From an uncultured delta proteobacterium (GTDB taxonomy: Bacteria > Myxococcota > Myxococcia > Myxococcales > Myxococcaceae), in assembly GCA_963713045.1 (NCBI GenBank), contig CAVQKE010000006.1, positions 192,001 to 256,000 of the forward strand: a stretch of 64,000 nt of DNA, written 5' to 3'. Both the position numbers and the translations under genes were made by a program. Below the pieces are notes generated by a model. It saw only the letters and a list, made by a program, of their open reading frames with translations. It was not told the origin of the DNA and ran no database searches. Below, piece after piece: positions 10,113 through 20,291 of the stretch (positions are counted from its first letter, which is position 1; the number at the start of each line of letters is the position of its first letter).

Positions 10113-11219
10113 TTGCCCGCGGCAGCAGCTCGGAAGCGCGACTACTACGAAGTCTTGGGGGTAACACGGCAAGCCTCGGCGCAGGACCTCAAGTCCGCCT
10201 ACCGGAAGCTGGCCATGCAGTACCACCCCGACCGCAACCCCGAAGACAGGGCGGCCGAAGAGCGCTTCAAGGAGGCCTCTGAGGCGTACGAGGTGCTTTC
10301 CGACCCAGAGAAGCGTGGCCACTACGACCGCTTCGGCCATTCGAGCGTGCCGTTTGACTTCGGCGGCTTCTCCAGCTCGGGCATCAACGACGTGCTGTCC
10401 GAGATTTTCGGCGACATTTTCGGCGGCCGCACGCGCCGGGGCGGGCGTTCTCGGGGCTCGGACCTCCGCTACAACCTGGAGCTGTCCTTCGAGGAGGCGG
10501 CCTTCGGGACCGAAGTCTCCGTCAAAATTCCTCGCCCCAAGAAGTGCGAGGGCTGTGAGGGCACCGGGAGCAAGGACCGGCAAGTCCACCGCTGTACGGC
10601 CTGTGGCGGCTCGGGCGAATTGCGCCACACCCAAGGCTTTTTCTCGGTGAGCCGTCCCTGCGGCACCTGTGGCGGCACGGGCGCAGTGGCCACGACGCCC
10701 TGCCCCAAGTGCCGCGGCGCGGGACGCACTGAATCCGAGACGACGCTGTCGGTGAAGATTCCGGCCGGCGTCGACAATGGGACCCGGGTGCGCTTGGTGG
10801 GCGAGGGCGAACCGGGCGAGCTGGGCGGTCCGCCGGGAGACCTTTACGTCGTGGCACACGTGAAGGAGCACCCCATCTTCGTCCGGGAGGACGCCGAGGT
10901 GCTGTGCGAAGTGCCCATCTCCTTCGCCCAGGCTGCCCTCGGGACCCAGCTGGAGGTCCCCACCTTGGAGGGCAAGGTGAAAATGCGGGTCCCCTCCGGC
11001 ACCCAGTCCGGCAAAGTGTTCCGCCTCAAGGGCAAGGGCATTCCCCACCTGCACGGCGGCGGCCGCGGCGACCAGCACGTGCGGGTGGTGGTGGAAACGC
11101 CCACCGACCTCAGCTCCAAACAACGCGAATTGCTGGAGCAGTTTGCCGAGTTGAATGGCGAGCGCTCTCAGCCCCAGGTGAAAAGCTTCCTGGAAAAGGT
11201 ACGCGAGCTGTTCGGCTGA
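10113..11219 (+). CDS. dnaJ: molecular chaperone DnaJ
   Basis: KRDYYEVLGV, HPD motif, G/F region, four CxxCxGxG repeats; start approximate. Confidence 0.95.
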   Translation: MPAAAARKRDYYEVLGVTRQASAQDLKSAYRKLAMQYHPDRNPEDRAAEERFKEASEAYEVLSDPEKRGHYDRFGHSSVPFDFGGFSSSGINDVLSEIFGDIFGGRTRRGGRSRGSDLRYNLELSFEEAAFGTEVSVKIPRPKKCEGCEGTGSKDRQVHRCTACGGSGELRHTQGFFSVSRPCGTCGGTGAVATTPCPKCRGAGRTESETTLSVKIPAGVDNGTRVRLVGEGEPGELGGPPGDLYVVAHVKEHPIFVREDAEVLCEVPISFAQAALGTQLEVPTLEGKVKMRVPSGTQSGKVFRLKGKGIPHLHGGGRGDQHVRVVVETPTDLSSKQRELLEQFAELNGERSQPQVKSFLEKVRELFG

Positions 11220-11346
11220 GGGGCCAAAGCCCTTGGCGGGTGCCCCCCGACGGGCGCTTGACTGGCCGGCGGTGTGCAAGCAAGTGCATCCAGGGGGGTG
11301 CGTTGAAACGGTGGGCCGCCCCGGGGCTTCTGCTATGCCACCCTCC

Positions 11347-13461
11347 ATGTGCCGTGTCCCGTCTGCGAGGCTACTCGGCCGACTCGCGCTGGCGTGCCTT
11401 CTTGTCCTCGGCTGCGCCACGACGCAACTTCCGGAAAACCCCAATGTGCCGCCCATCGGCCGCAAGCCGGAGGTGGAGCCGCGGCCGGACACCCGCGCCG
11501 CCGACGCCCTCAAGGCGGCCGATGCGGCCGCCGCCGGGCAGCCCAAGGCGAAACAGGTGGAGATTTACCTCAGCGTGCGCCAGGCCTACCCCTCCACCGT
11601 CGCCGGGGAGGAGGCGCTCTACCGGGCGGCCGTCTTGGCCTACGACATGGGCGAGTATGCCGTCGCCCGCAAGCAACTGAATGAATTGCTGTTTGAGAAC
11701 CCCCTCTTCGACAAGGCGGTCGACGCCCGGCTGAAGCTGGGCGAGAGCTCGCTCCAGCTGAAGGCCTACCGCGACGCCTACCAGACGCTGCTTCCCTTGC
11801 GCGACAAGGTGCCTGCCGCGCAGCGGGCGGAGCTGGAAGAGGCGCTCCAACGGGCCGCCGAAGGAGCGCGCCTGGCCGACCAGGCGCTGAAATTGGCGCT
11901 GGACCGGGCCGAGGGCGCCGCCACCCCGGAGGAGCGCCAGGCGGCGCTGGAGCAAGTGGCGTCCCTCATCGACACTTCGGTTCCGTACGATGAGGTGGCC
12001 CGGGTCCAGGGCGAGTTGTCACCGTCGCATCCGGCCTGGCCGATGCTGACCTTCAAGCTAGCCCGGGTCTACGCCCACCTCCGCGACAGTCGGCTCAAGC
12101 CAACGCTGGAAGCGTTGCTGCAGAAGGCGCCCGGCAGCCCCTACAGCCAGCAGGCGCAAGCCATGCTCGCCCGTGCCGACCGGGTGGGCGCGCTGCGGGG
12201 CCGGACGCTGGGCGTTCTGGTTCCGCTCACCGGCAAGTACCAGCGGCTGGGCGAGGCCGTGATGCGGGGCATCAAGCTGGCTCTCAAGGGCAGCGACATC
12301 GAATTGGTCGTCAAGGACACCCAAGGCGACCCGGCCCGGGCCGCCGCCGCGGTGGAGGAGCTGGTCTTCGAGGACGGCGCTGCGGCCGCCATCGGTCCCC
12401 TTTTCGGCGAGGACAGCCGGCGGGCGGCGGTGGTGGCCCAAGACTTGGGGCTACCTCTGCTGACGCTCACCAGGAACGAGGACATCACCGAGATTGGGCC
12501 ATTCATCTTCCGCAACATGCTCACCTACTCCGCCCAGGGGCGCGCCCTGGCTGCCTGGGCGGTCGACGTCATGGGCTACAAAAGTTTTGCCGTCCTCTAC
12601 CCGAACACCCCGTACGGCCTGGAGATGACCAGCGACTTCTGGGACCAGGTGACGGCCCGGGGCGCCTCGGTGCGGGGCGCTGAGAGCTACGCCAACGACC
12701 AGACCACCTTCACCAACGAGGCGAAAAAGCTGGTGGGCCGCTACTACCTGGAGGACCGGACCGACTACGTCGAGGCGCTGAAGGAGTTGAGGGAAGCAAA
12801 CAAGGAAAGCAACGCCGACGCCTTCCGCCGCCGCAAGGCGTTGGAGAAGGCCAGGAAGGACCTGGAACCGATTGTCGACTTCGAGGCGCTCTTTATCCCC
12901 GATGAGTGGTCCCGGGTGGGACTCATCGCCCCGGCGTTGGCGGTGGAAGACATCATCACCAACACCTGCGACGCCAAGGAGATTGAGAAACTCAAGAAGA
13001 CGACGGGCAAGACGGACATCCACACCGTGACGCTGCTCGGGGGCCAAGGGTGGAATTCGCCCAACAACTCCGAGGGAGTGCCGCGGTTGATTGAGCGCGG
13101 GGGGAAATTCGTCCTGTGCAGCGTCTTCGTCGACGGCTTTTATGCGGACAGTAGCCGCGAGGCAACGCGCCGCTTCGTCCACGCCTATGCCGAAGCCTAC
13201 CCCGAGGCCACTCCGCTGCTGCTGGACGCGGTGGCCTATGACTCGGCGCGGATGCTGCGTCAGGTGCTCGAAGCCGAAAAGGGACCCCTCACTCGCGACG
13301 CGGTGCGCGCCGCGCTGGCCGGGGTGAAGGACTTCGAAGGAGCCACCGGGCGCACCAGCTTCAACGCGAGGCGGGAGGCCGAAAAGCCGCTCTTCTTTCT
13401 CACCGTGGACCCCAAGGGAATCCGCGAACTCCAACCCCAGGAGCGTCTCCGTGGCTCGTAA
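11347..13461 (+). CDS. penicillin-binding protein activator LpoA-like lipoprotein (TPR + periplasmic binding fold)
   Basis: Lipobox LVLGC, TPR-like helices, GVLVPLTG...IGPL and FEGATG of the PBP type I fold. Confidence 0.75.
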   Translation: MCRVPSARLLGRLALACLLVLGCATTQLPENPNVPPIGRKPEVEPRPDTRAADALKAADAAAAGQPKAKQVEIYLSVRQAYPSTVAGEEALYRAAVLAYDMGEYAVARKQLNELLFENPLFDKAVDARLKLGESSLQLKAYRDAYQTLLPLRDKVPAAQRAELEEALQRAAEGARLADQALKLALDRAEGAATPEERQAALEQVASLIDTSVPYDEVARVQGELSPSHPAWPMLTFKLARVYAHLRDSRLKPTLEALLQKAPGSPYSQQAQAMLARADRVGALRGRTLGVLVPLTGKYQRLGEAVMRGIKLALKGSDIELVVKDTQGDPARAAAAVEELVFEDGAAAAIGPLFGEDSRRAAVVAQDLGLPLLTLTRNEDITEIGPFIFRNMLTYSAQGRALAAWAVDVMGYKSFAVLYPNTPYGLEMTSDFWDQVTARGASVRGAESYANDQTTFTNEAKKLVGRYYLEDRTDYVEALKELREANKESNADAFRRRKALEKARKDLEPIVDFEALFIPDEWSRVGLIAPALAVEDIITNTCDAKEIEKLKKTTGKTDIHTVTLLGGQGWNSPNNSEGVPRLIERGGKFVLCSVFVDGFYADSSREATRRFVHAYAEAYPEATPLLLDAVAYDSARMLRQVLEAEKGPLTRDAVRAALAGVKDFEGATGRTSFNARREAEKPLFFLTVDPKGIRELQPQERLRGS

Positions 13462-14101
13462 CGTCAAGAAGAGAAAGAGGCGGGACGCGGTCCCCAGTCT
13501 GCGCCGCCGGCGTCCGCGCAGCGCCAAAGCGGCCCGCCCGCGGAAGGTGGAAGACGCCGGTGCCCGGACGGTGGACGTCGAGCCTGGCCGCATTGAGGAA
13601 GTCCTGCGCAAGCTGCGGGAGGAGTTAGGTGCTCTCGCCAACAAGGGCCGCTACACCCGAGTGCGCTTCAAATTCCGCGGCAAGCAGCTGCTCCCGGACT
13701 TGCCGCTCGCGGCGGTCATCGCCGCCGAAGGACTCACCTTCTACTGGACCGGCATCCTGCGCGCCCTGCTGGTGAATGTCGCCGGGAAGAGCGTGCTGTC
13801 GGTGGAGTTGGTCAACGACTCCGGCCACTTCGTCCAGGCGGGCAAAGAGGAGCTTCTCTCGGGCGAGGTCGACCGCGCCATCGAGGCCTTCCGGACCGCG
13901 CTGAGGATGGAGCGAGACAACCCGCGGGCCCAGCTGCACCTCGGCGCCGCGCTTCGACTCAAGGGCGCCCTTGACGAAGCACGCGCTGCCCTCGAGCGGG
14001 CCCGTACGCTTGACCCGCGCGGTGAAGTGGGCCGGGAGGCGCAGGAGCTGCTTCGACGGATGAAGGGCGCCCCGACCGAGCCTGTTCCCCCGCAGCCGTA
14101 G
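13451..14101 (+). CDS. tetratricopeptide repeat protein
   Basis: C-terminal TPR pair (AIEAFRTAL...AQLHLGAAL...ARAALERARTLDP). Confidence 0.7.
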   Translation: MARNVKKRKRRDAVPSLRRRRPRSAKAARPRKVEDAGARTVDVEPGRIEEVLRKLREELGALANKGRYTRVRFKFRGKQLLPDLPLAAVIAAEGLTFYWTGILRALLVNVAGKSVLSVELVNDSGHFVQAGKEELLSGEVDRAIEAFRTALRMERDNPRAQLHLGAALRLKGALDEARAALERARTLDPRGEVGREAQELLRRMKGAPTEPVPPQP

Positions 14102-14179
14102 AAAAGCCCCTTGGATGTTGCCCAGTTGGCCGAGGGGCGCGCAATCACCGCCTGCGCCCGAACGTGAGAAAGAAGAGAC

Positions 14180-14548
14180 ATGCGCTTCATCCTCAATGTG
14201 CTGTGGTTCATCCTCGGCGGCGGCTGGCTGATTGGACTTGAATACCTCCTCGCCGGCGCGGTGCTTTGTGTCACCATCATCGGCATCCCCTTCGGCCTGC
14301 AGTGCTTCAAGCTGGCCGGGCTGGGCGCGTGGCCGTTTGGAAAAGACGTCGTTCCGTCCGGCGGCGGTGCCATCCACACCGTGGCCAACCTGGTGTGGCT
14401 CGTCTTGGCCGGCTTCTGGATTTGCCTCAGCCACCTGGCGCTGGCCGTGGCCTCAGCCGTCACCATCATCGGGCTGCCCTTCGCGCTGCAGCACCTGAAA
14501 TTCGCCCTGGTGGCGCTGTGGCCCTTCGGCCAACGGGTGACGCCGTAA
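14180..14548 (+). CDS. yccF: YccF-domain inner membrane protein
   Basis: Two NxxWxxxxG...TIIGxPF...WPFG repeats. Confidence 0.9.
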   Translation: MRFILNVLWFILGGGWLIGLEYLLAGAVLCVTIIGIPFGLQCFKLAGLGAWPFGKDVVPSGGGAIHTVANLVWLVLAGFWICLSHLALAVASAVTIIGLPFALQHLKFALVALWPFGQRVTP

Positions 14549-14717
14549 CCGCCCTTTCCATGGGTGGTGTCAGTAGAAATTTCTAATTCCACCGCAGCTT
14601 TTGGAGGTGCTCCAAACTCTCCTGTTTGGAGCGATTGACTGAAGGGTTCCGGGCGGTTACCAGTACATCAGGCCTGCGTTTCAGCCCCGGCCTCGCCCCC
14701 TCCTGAGGCCCCACGCC

Positions 14718-17462
14718 ATGTCCGATGAAATTCCTCCCCCGCCCGCTCCTCCTGCGTCCCCTGGAGGGGCCGGTGACCTCGTCCCCATCAACATCGAGGA
14801 CGAGATGCGGCGCAGCTACCTCGACTACTCCATGTCGGTCATCGTCGGGCGCGCCCTCCCCGACGTCCGCGACGGGCTGAAGCCCGTCCACCGCCGAATC
14901 CTCTACGCGATGCAGGATGAGGGGCTGCTGCACAACCGCAAGTACAGCAAATGCGCCGGCGTGGTGGGCGAAGTCCTCAAGAAGTACCACCCCCACGGCG
15001 ACGCGTCGGTCTACGACGCCTTGGTGCGGCTCGCCCAGCCCTGGAACATGCGTTACCTGCTGGTCGACGGGCAGGGAAATTTCGGCAGCATCGACGGGGA
15101 CTCGGCCGCGGCCTACCGCTACACCGAATGCCGAATGATGGAGCTGGCCGAGGCGATGCTGGCCGACATCGACAAGGAGACGGTCGACTTTGGGCCCAAC
15201 TTTGACGATGCCACCACCGAGCCGTTGGTGCTGCCGACGCGCTTTCCCAATCTTCTGGTGAATGGGAGCTCCGGCATTGCGGTGGGGATGACCACCAACG
15301 TCCCCCCCCACAACATGCGGGAAGTCATCGACGGCACGTTGCACCTCATCAAAGAGCCCAAAGCCTCGGTCGCTGACTTGATGCGCTTCATCCCCGGCCC
15401 GGACTTTCCCACCGCCGGCTTCATCCTCGGCCGCGAGGGCATCCAGCGCGCCTATGAAACCGGCCGCGGGCAGCTGACGCTGCGGGCCCGCACCGAAATC
15501 GAGGCCCGCGATGGCGACCGGGAGAGCATCGTGGTGAACGAGATTCCCTACCAAGTCAACAAGGCCCGGCTGGTGGAGAAAATCGCCGAGTTGGTTCACG
15601 AGAAGCGCCTCGAGGGCATCTCGCAAATCCGCGACGAGTCGGACCGGCGCGGAATGCGCCTGGTGCTCGAGCTCAAGCGCGACGCCATCGCCGGAGTGGT
15701 GCTCAACAACCTCTTCGCGCTCACCCCGCTGCAAACCACCTTCGGCGTGGTGCTGTTGGCCATCGACGGCGGCCAGCCGCGCACCTTCAACTTGAAGGAA
15801 ATGCTGGAGCGCTTCATCTCCCACCGGCGGGAAGTGGTCACCCGGCGGAGCCGCTTTGAGTTGCGAAACGCCGAGAGGCGGCTCCATGTGGTGGAAGGCC
15901 TGCTCGTCGCCCAGGACATCATCGACCTGGTCATCACCATCATCCGTCGCTCCAAGGACCCGGAAGAGGCGCGGTGGGGACTGACCCACGTGCTGTCCGA
16001 GGCGCTCTACCAGCATCCAACCTTCCACGACTTGCCTCGACTCGACCTGGAACAGGCGAATTTCCAGATGGAGCAGCTGGTGGCGCGCGCCAAGGCCGAG
16101 GAGCCGCGCTATCCCGGCCTTCAGCACCGGTACGAGGGAACCGGCTTCAGTGACGAGCAGTCCAAGCAAATTCTGGAAATGCGCCTGCAGCGGCTGACCG
16201 GCATCCAGCGCGAGGAGCTCTTCACCGAGTTGGTGGAGCTGACCCGCGCCGTCCTGCGGCTGCGCGACATTCTAGAAAACGAGTCCTCGCTGCTGTCGGT
16301 CATCCGCGAAGAATTGACGGAAGTCCGCGAGAAATTCGGGGACGACCGGCGCACGGAAATTACCGGGGATGCGGCCGCCTTCACCAACGAGGACCTCATC
16401 GCCGATGAGGACATGGTGGTGACCGTGTCCCACGCCGGCTACATCAAGCGCAGCCCGCTGACTGAGTACCGCGCCCAGCGCCGGGGCGGACGAGGAAAGA
16501 CTGGCGCCGCCACCAAGGAAGACGACTTCGTCACCGACCTCTTCGTCGCCTCCACCCACGCCTACATTCTGCCGGTCACCACCCGCGGCAAGCTGTATTG
16601 GCTGAAGGTGCATGAGATTCCCCAAGCCGGCCGCGCCGCCCGCGGCAAGCCCATCATCAACCTGGTGCACATGGCCGAGGGGGAGAAGCTCGCCTCGGTG
16701 GTGGTCACCAAGGGCTTCCCGGAAAGCCAATACGTCTTCTTCGTCACCCGCAAAGGCGTGGTGAAACGGACGGACTTGGCCGCCTTCTCCAACGTCCGGT
16801 CAGCCGGCATCATCGCCCTCGGCATCGACGACGGAGACAGCCTGGTGGCGGTCCGGATTACCGACGGCAGCAAGGACATGCTCCTCTCCACCGCCCAGGG
16901 AATGTCCATCCGCTTCCCCGAGAAGGAGGTCCGTTCGATGGGCCGCACCGCCTTCGGCGTGAAGGGAATTACCTTGGAGAAGGACGACGAGGTGGTGGGC
17001 GCGGACCTAATCGAGCCCGGGACGGCCATCCTCACCGTCACCGAGAACGGCTACGGCAAGCGGACGGAGGAGTCGGAGTATCGCGTTCAGGGCCGCGGTG
17101 GAAAAGGCATCATCGACATCAAGACGACGGAGCGAAACGGCCTGGTGGTGGCGGCCGTTCCGGTGCGCGAGCGGGACCAAATCATGCTCGTCACCTCGAG
17201 CGGGATGCTCATCCGGATGAAAGTCGGCGACATCTCCGTCATCGGACGGAACACCCAAGGCGTGCGACTCATCACCCTCGAAAACCCGAGCGACAAGGTG
17301 ACCGGACTGTCTCGGCTTCCAGAAGAGGCGGACGCCAACGGGGCCGGAGAGGAGCGGGTGAGCGAAGGCGAAGTGCCGCAGGGGGCCGCAGAGGACGAGG
17401 CCGCCGGGTCCGACGACGGTGGCGACGGCGGCGAGACAGAGGGCGGCGAAGAGCCCTCCTAG
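14718..17462 (+). CDS. gyrA: DNA gyrase subunit A
   Basis: [23 protein letters not shown], catalytic RYTE, GyrA box QRRGGRG, CTD pinwheel repeats. Confidence 0.98.
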   Translation: MSDEIPPPPAPPASPGGAGDLVPINIEDEMRRSYLDYSMSVIVGRALPDVRDGLKPVHRRILYAMQDEGLLHNRKYSKCAGVVGEVLKKYHPHGDASVYDALVRLAQPWNMRYLLVDGQGNFGSIDGDSAAAYRYTECRMMELAEAMLADIDKETVDFGPNFDDATTEPLVLPTRFPNLLVNGSSGIAVGMTTNVPPHNMREVIDGTLHLIKEPKASVADLMRFIPGPDFPTAGFILGREGIQRAYETGRGQLTLRARTEIEARDGDRESIVVNEIPYQVNKARLVEKIAELVHEKRLEGISQIRDESDRRGMRLVLELKRDAIAGVVLNNLFALTPLQTTFGVVLLAIDGGQPRTFNLKEMLERFISHRREVVTRRSRFELRNAERRLHVVEGLLVAQDIIDLVITIIRRSKDPEEARWGLTHVLSEALYQHPTFHDLPRLDLEQANFQMEQLVARAKAEEPRYPGLQHRYEGTGFSDEQSKQILEMRLQRLTGIQREELFTELVELTRAVLRLRDILENESSLLSVIREELTEVREKFGDDRRTEITGDAAAFTNEDLIADEDMVVTVSHAGYIKRSPLTEYRAQRRGGRGKTGAATKEDDFVTDLFVASTHAYILPVTTRGKLYWLKVHEIPQAGRAARGKPIINLVHMAEGEKLASVVVTKGFPESQYVFFVTRKGVVKRTDLAAFSNVRSAGIIALGIDDGDSLVAVRITDGSKDMLLSTAQGMSIRFPEKEVRSMGRTAFGVKGITLEKDDEVVGADLIEPGTAILTVTENGYGKRTEESEYRVQGRGGKGIIDIKTTERNGLVVAAVPVRERDQIMLVTSSGMLIRMKVGDISVIGRNTQGVRLITLENPSDKVTGLSRLPEEADANGAGEERVSEGEVPQGAAEDEAAGSDDGGDGGETEGGEEPS

Positions 17463-17475
17463 GGCGGGCCGGGCA

Positions 17476-17766
17476 GTGGCCTTCGGAAAAACGCGCATCC
17501 TGCACAAGCTGTGGCGTTACCTGCGCGATGGGCGCGTGCCGCTGTGGCGCAAGCTGGTGGGAGTGGCCGCGGTGGCTTACCTCGTTTGGCCGTTTGACCT
17601 CATTCCGGACTACATTCCCATTCTCGGCTGGCTCGACGACGCCGGGGTATTGACCGCCGCGGCACTCTTCCTGGTCCGCGACGTGCGTCGACACGAAGCG
17701 CGCTACCCCGAGTTGTCGTCAACCTCTGGGCCGGGTTCGCCCCCAGTCGGTGGCTTGGATGCTTGA
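17476..17766 (+). CDS. YkvA/DUF1232 family membrane protein
   Basis: AYLVWPFDLIPDYIPILGWLDD signature. Confidence 0.85.
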   Translation: MAFGKTRILHKLWRYLRDGRVPLWRKLVGVAAVAYLVWPFDLIPDYIPILGWLDDAGVLTAAALFLVRDVRRHEARYPELSSTSGPGSPPVGGLDA

Positions 17767-17843
17767 CGGCCTCCAAGCTGCATGGCATCCCTGCCCGCCC
17801 TGCCGCTCGGCAGCGTCTGCTTTTCGAGCAGTGGGGTCCATAC

Positions 17844-17916
17844 GCCCAGGTAGCTCAGTCGGTAGAGCAGGGGACTGAAAATCCCCGTGTCGGTGGTTCG
17901 ATTCCGCCCCTGGGCA
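17844..17916 (+). tRNA. tRNA-Phe(GAA), CCA not encoded
   Basis: GCCCAGG acceptor pairs with CCTGGGC; D arm GCTCAGTCGGTAGAGC; anticodon arm GGGGA-CTGAAAA-TCCCC; T loop TTCGATT. Confidence 0.97.
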
Positions 17917-19048
17917 CTGATTTCAAGCCTTTAGCGGTCCGAAAAAGTCCAATCCGTCCACTTTTTCCGCCCAAATCCACTTTGTCTGCGACACCGGTGA
18001 TGCAGTCCGCGAAGTGCGCGGACAGCAGTGCACCGATTTCCTCTGGCGACAGTCGGCCGTAGACCCGCTCCACCATGCGCGTGTCCCTATGGCCCATGGT
18101 AGGGGCGACAATCTCCGCAGGCACTCGCGCGAGCCGCATCCACTTGGCGTACGTCCGCCGGAGGTCATTGGGAGAGCAGGCTTCGATGCCGGCCTGGGCG
18201 CAGGCCAGGTGAAGGTCGCGGCGCACGTTGGTCCAAGCCGGGAAGAGCTCGTCCTCGCCGGGCGCGTGCTTCAACGCGTAGCCCAGAAGGCTCGCTAGCG
18301 CCGGATGCCGGATGGCAATGCGGCGGTTCCGCGCGGCGCGCTTCGTCCCGCGGACATGAACCCAGTCTGGGTCGAGTTGCACGTCCTCTCGCCGAGCCCT
18401 GACGGATTCGCTCCAGCAGGCCGACGTCGCCACGATGAATGCCACTTGTGCGGCGCGTGCCGGTGGAAGCTTTGCGAGTAGCTGGGCGAGCTCCTCACTT
18501 GAGAGCGCACGTGTCCGCGGCCGGTACTCGGGGGCGAAGCCGGACGGGAGTAACGCGTCGATTTCTCCGAGCCAGAGGCCGGCGCGCTTGGCCAGCCTCA
18601 GCGCTGCCCGGAGCGTCACGAGCTCCTTGGCGATGGTGTGGTCGCTGACCTCCTCGGCCCTTCGACGGGAGATGTAACTGTCGACATCCGCCGCGGTCAG
18701 GTCCTTGAGGAGGAACGGCCGGTAGCTACCCTCAGCCGAATGCTCTAAGACTCGCGTGAGGTGTCCTGCTTTCCGCCTGTAGAACGCGACCGTGTCGTGG
18801 CTCTTTCGCCCGGCCGTTGCTTCTTCCGTCCGCCGCTGAAGGAGCAGGCGCAGCGCTTCGGTTAGCGAAGCTTTCTGCGTGGCTGCGTGGGCTGGATTCG
18901 CTCCATCGCGCTCGAACTGTCGCAGCTTGAGCTCGGCAGCCTTAAGGTCCGTGCACTGCGTCGAGAGGAGGCGACGGACGCCGTTCTCGTAGAAGTAGGC
19001 GTGCCAGACCCTTCCGCGCTTGGTGAGACGGTATGTGTCCTTGCCCAT
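17855..19048 (-). CDS. tyrosine recombinase/integrase
   Basis: N-terminal arm-binding-like region, HVRGTK, PNDLRRT, MGH, VYGR; ORF ends inside the tRNA. Confidence 0.9.
   Translation of the reverse strand: MGKDTYRLTKRGRVWHAYFYENGVRRLLSTQCTDLKAAELKLRQFERDGANPAHAATQKASLTEALRLLLQRRTEEATAGRKSHDTVAFYRRKAGHLTRVLEHSAEGSYRPFLLKDLTAADVDSYISRRRAEEVSDHTIAKELVTLRAALRLAKRAGLWLGEIDALLPSGFAPEYRPRTRALSSEELAQLLAKLPPARAAQVAFIVATSACWSESVRARREDVQLDPDWVHVRGTKRAARNRRIAIRHPALASLLGYALKHAPGEDELFPAWTNVRRDLHLACAQAGIEACSPNDLRRTYAKWMRLARVPAEIVAPTMGHRDTRMVERVYGRLSPEEIGALLSAHFADCITGVADKVDLGGKSGRIGLFRTAKGLKSVPRGGIEPPTRGFSVPCSTD
17870..17920 (+). repeat. attL core: 51 bp, 3' part of tRNA-Phe plus CTGA
   Basis: Identical to 33076-33126. 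Confidence 0.92.
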
Positions 19049-19305
19049 GGAATCCTCGACTCTTTATAGCGCTGCCACGTGCTCCACCGGATGCGCAGCT
19101 GCATGCCGGGCTCCAGTCTGATGTTGAAGTACGACAGTGCGGCGTGAAGGTACTCGTAGGCCTTCGAGCGGGAGCATCCGAACTCCCGGCGGATGTTGTC
19201 AGCGTCGAGCATTGGCTCGGCGTACAGGTCACGTTCGCGTGAGATTCTCATTCCCCAGTCCGGACCGAACTGGCGCTCGTAATGGAGGACGTCGTCCAGT
19301 TTCAT
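18862..19305 (-). CDS. excisionase-like HTH protein
   Basis: LDADNIRREFGCSRSKAYEYL HTH; directly upstream of and overlapping the integrase. Confidence 0.55.
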   Translation of the reverse strand: MKLDDVLHYERQFGPDWGMRISRERDLYAEPMLDADNIRREFGCSRSKAYEYLHAALSYFNIRLEPGMQLRIRWSTWQRYKESRIPWARTHTVSPSAEGSGTPTSTRTASVASSRRSARTLRLPSSSCDSSSAMERIQPTQPRRKLR

Positions 19306-19391
19306 GTGTAGCTCCTGACTTCGGTCCGGCGTTGCGTCTGAAGAAAGCCTTGCCGCGAAGAGCGGCTCGACCACAGAGACCAATGTGAATC

Positions 19392-19413
19392 TCACTTAGC
19401 ATTCACTTAACAT
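19392..19413. promoter_or_regulatory. tandem 11-bp repeat upstream of xis/int
   Basis: TCACTTAGCAT followed by TCACTTAACAT in an AT-rich patch. Confidence 0.4.
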
Positions 19414-19715
19414 TTAATCCAGTAGGGTCGCTTAAGTGCGCATGGCGCCTTCGGGCCGCGAGCCGGTACTCCGAAGCGGATCAACCCCAGCGGCTTTAGC
19501 TGGCCTCATGAGCAGCGAGCGCCATCTCGAACGGCCCTTAGCACCTAGCCGTCAGCCCTCAGACCGCCGCTGGCAGCTCGTGCTGCAGGGCACCGATGCC
19601 CACAAGGGCCTTCCCGACTGGTGAGCAGTGAGGAACTCGGTGTGGGGGTGCGGGCGTCGGTTCGCTGGCCGGCCACTACCTCAGCGCGACTCCCCATCGC
19701 GAGGACCCAACGAGT

Positions 19716-20198
19716 GTGGCACCGTTGCCCGATGAACGTCCTCGCCTTCTCGTCGCAGCTTCGGCGCTACTTGCCACTCCGGCCTCTCCCGCCGATGTCC
19801 GAGACGCGATTAAGCGCCAACTGGCGGCGTATATGGAGGCGTTCAATAAGCAGGACGTCAACGCCCTTCTCGCCTTCTACGAGGAGGATGCCATCCGCGT
19901 CATTCCGGGCCGCGTGCTTCGGGGCAAAGAGGAAATTCGAGCCGCCGAGGAGCGTGTCATCCATATGGACGCGCGGGTCTACATAAGCAGCTTCGAGACC
20001 CAGGAGGTCCGAGTCTTTGGCGACGTCGCGGAGGAGGTCGGTGTCTCCAACCTCGACGTTGTGAAGCCCGGTGCTGAGCACGCCGCATTTCGCGGCCGCT
20101 ACCTCACTCTCTGGCACCGCAGCGCCGATGGCGTCTGGCGCGTTCAAGCCGACGCCTCAATGCCCGAGACAAAACCGGCGTCCACGAAGAGTCCGTAA
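19716..20198 (+). CDS. NTF2-like / DUF4440 family protein
   Basis: AFNKQDVNALLAFYEEDA, GKEEIRA, GRYLTLWHRSADGVWRV. Confidence 0.8.
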   Translation: MAPLPDERPRLLVAASALLATPASPADVRDAIKRQLAAYMEAFNKQDVNALLAFYEEDAIRVIPGRVLRGKEEIRAAEERVIHMDARVYISSFETQEVRVFGDVAEEVGVSNLDVVKPGAEHAAFRGRYLTLWHRSADGVWRVQADASMPETKPASTKSP

Positions 20199-20291
20199 TC
20201 CGCAATAGCGAAACTACCCGGCAACCTGGGTCAGTGCTCTCCCGGAGGTGGGAGCCCGAGTCACGCGGATTCCACGGCGGAAATCACTACG

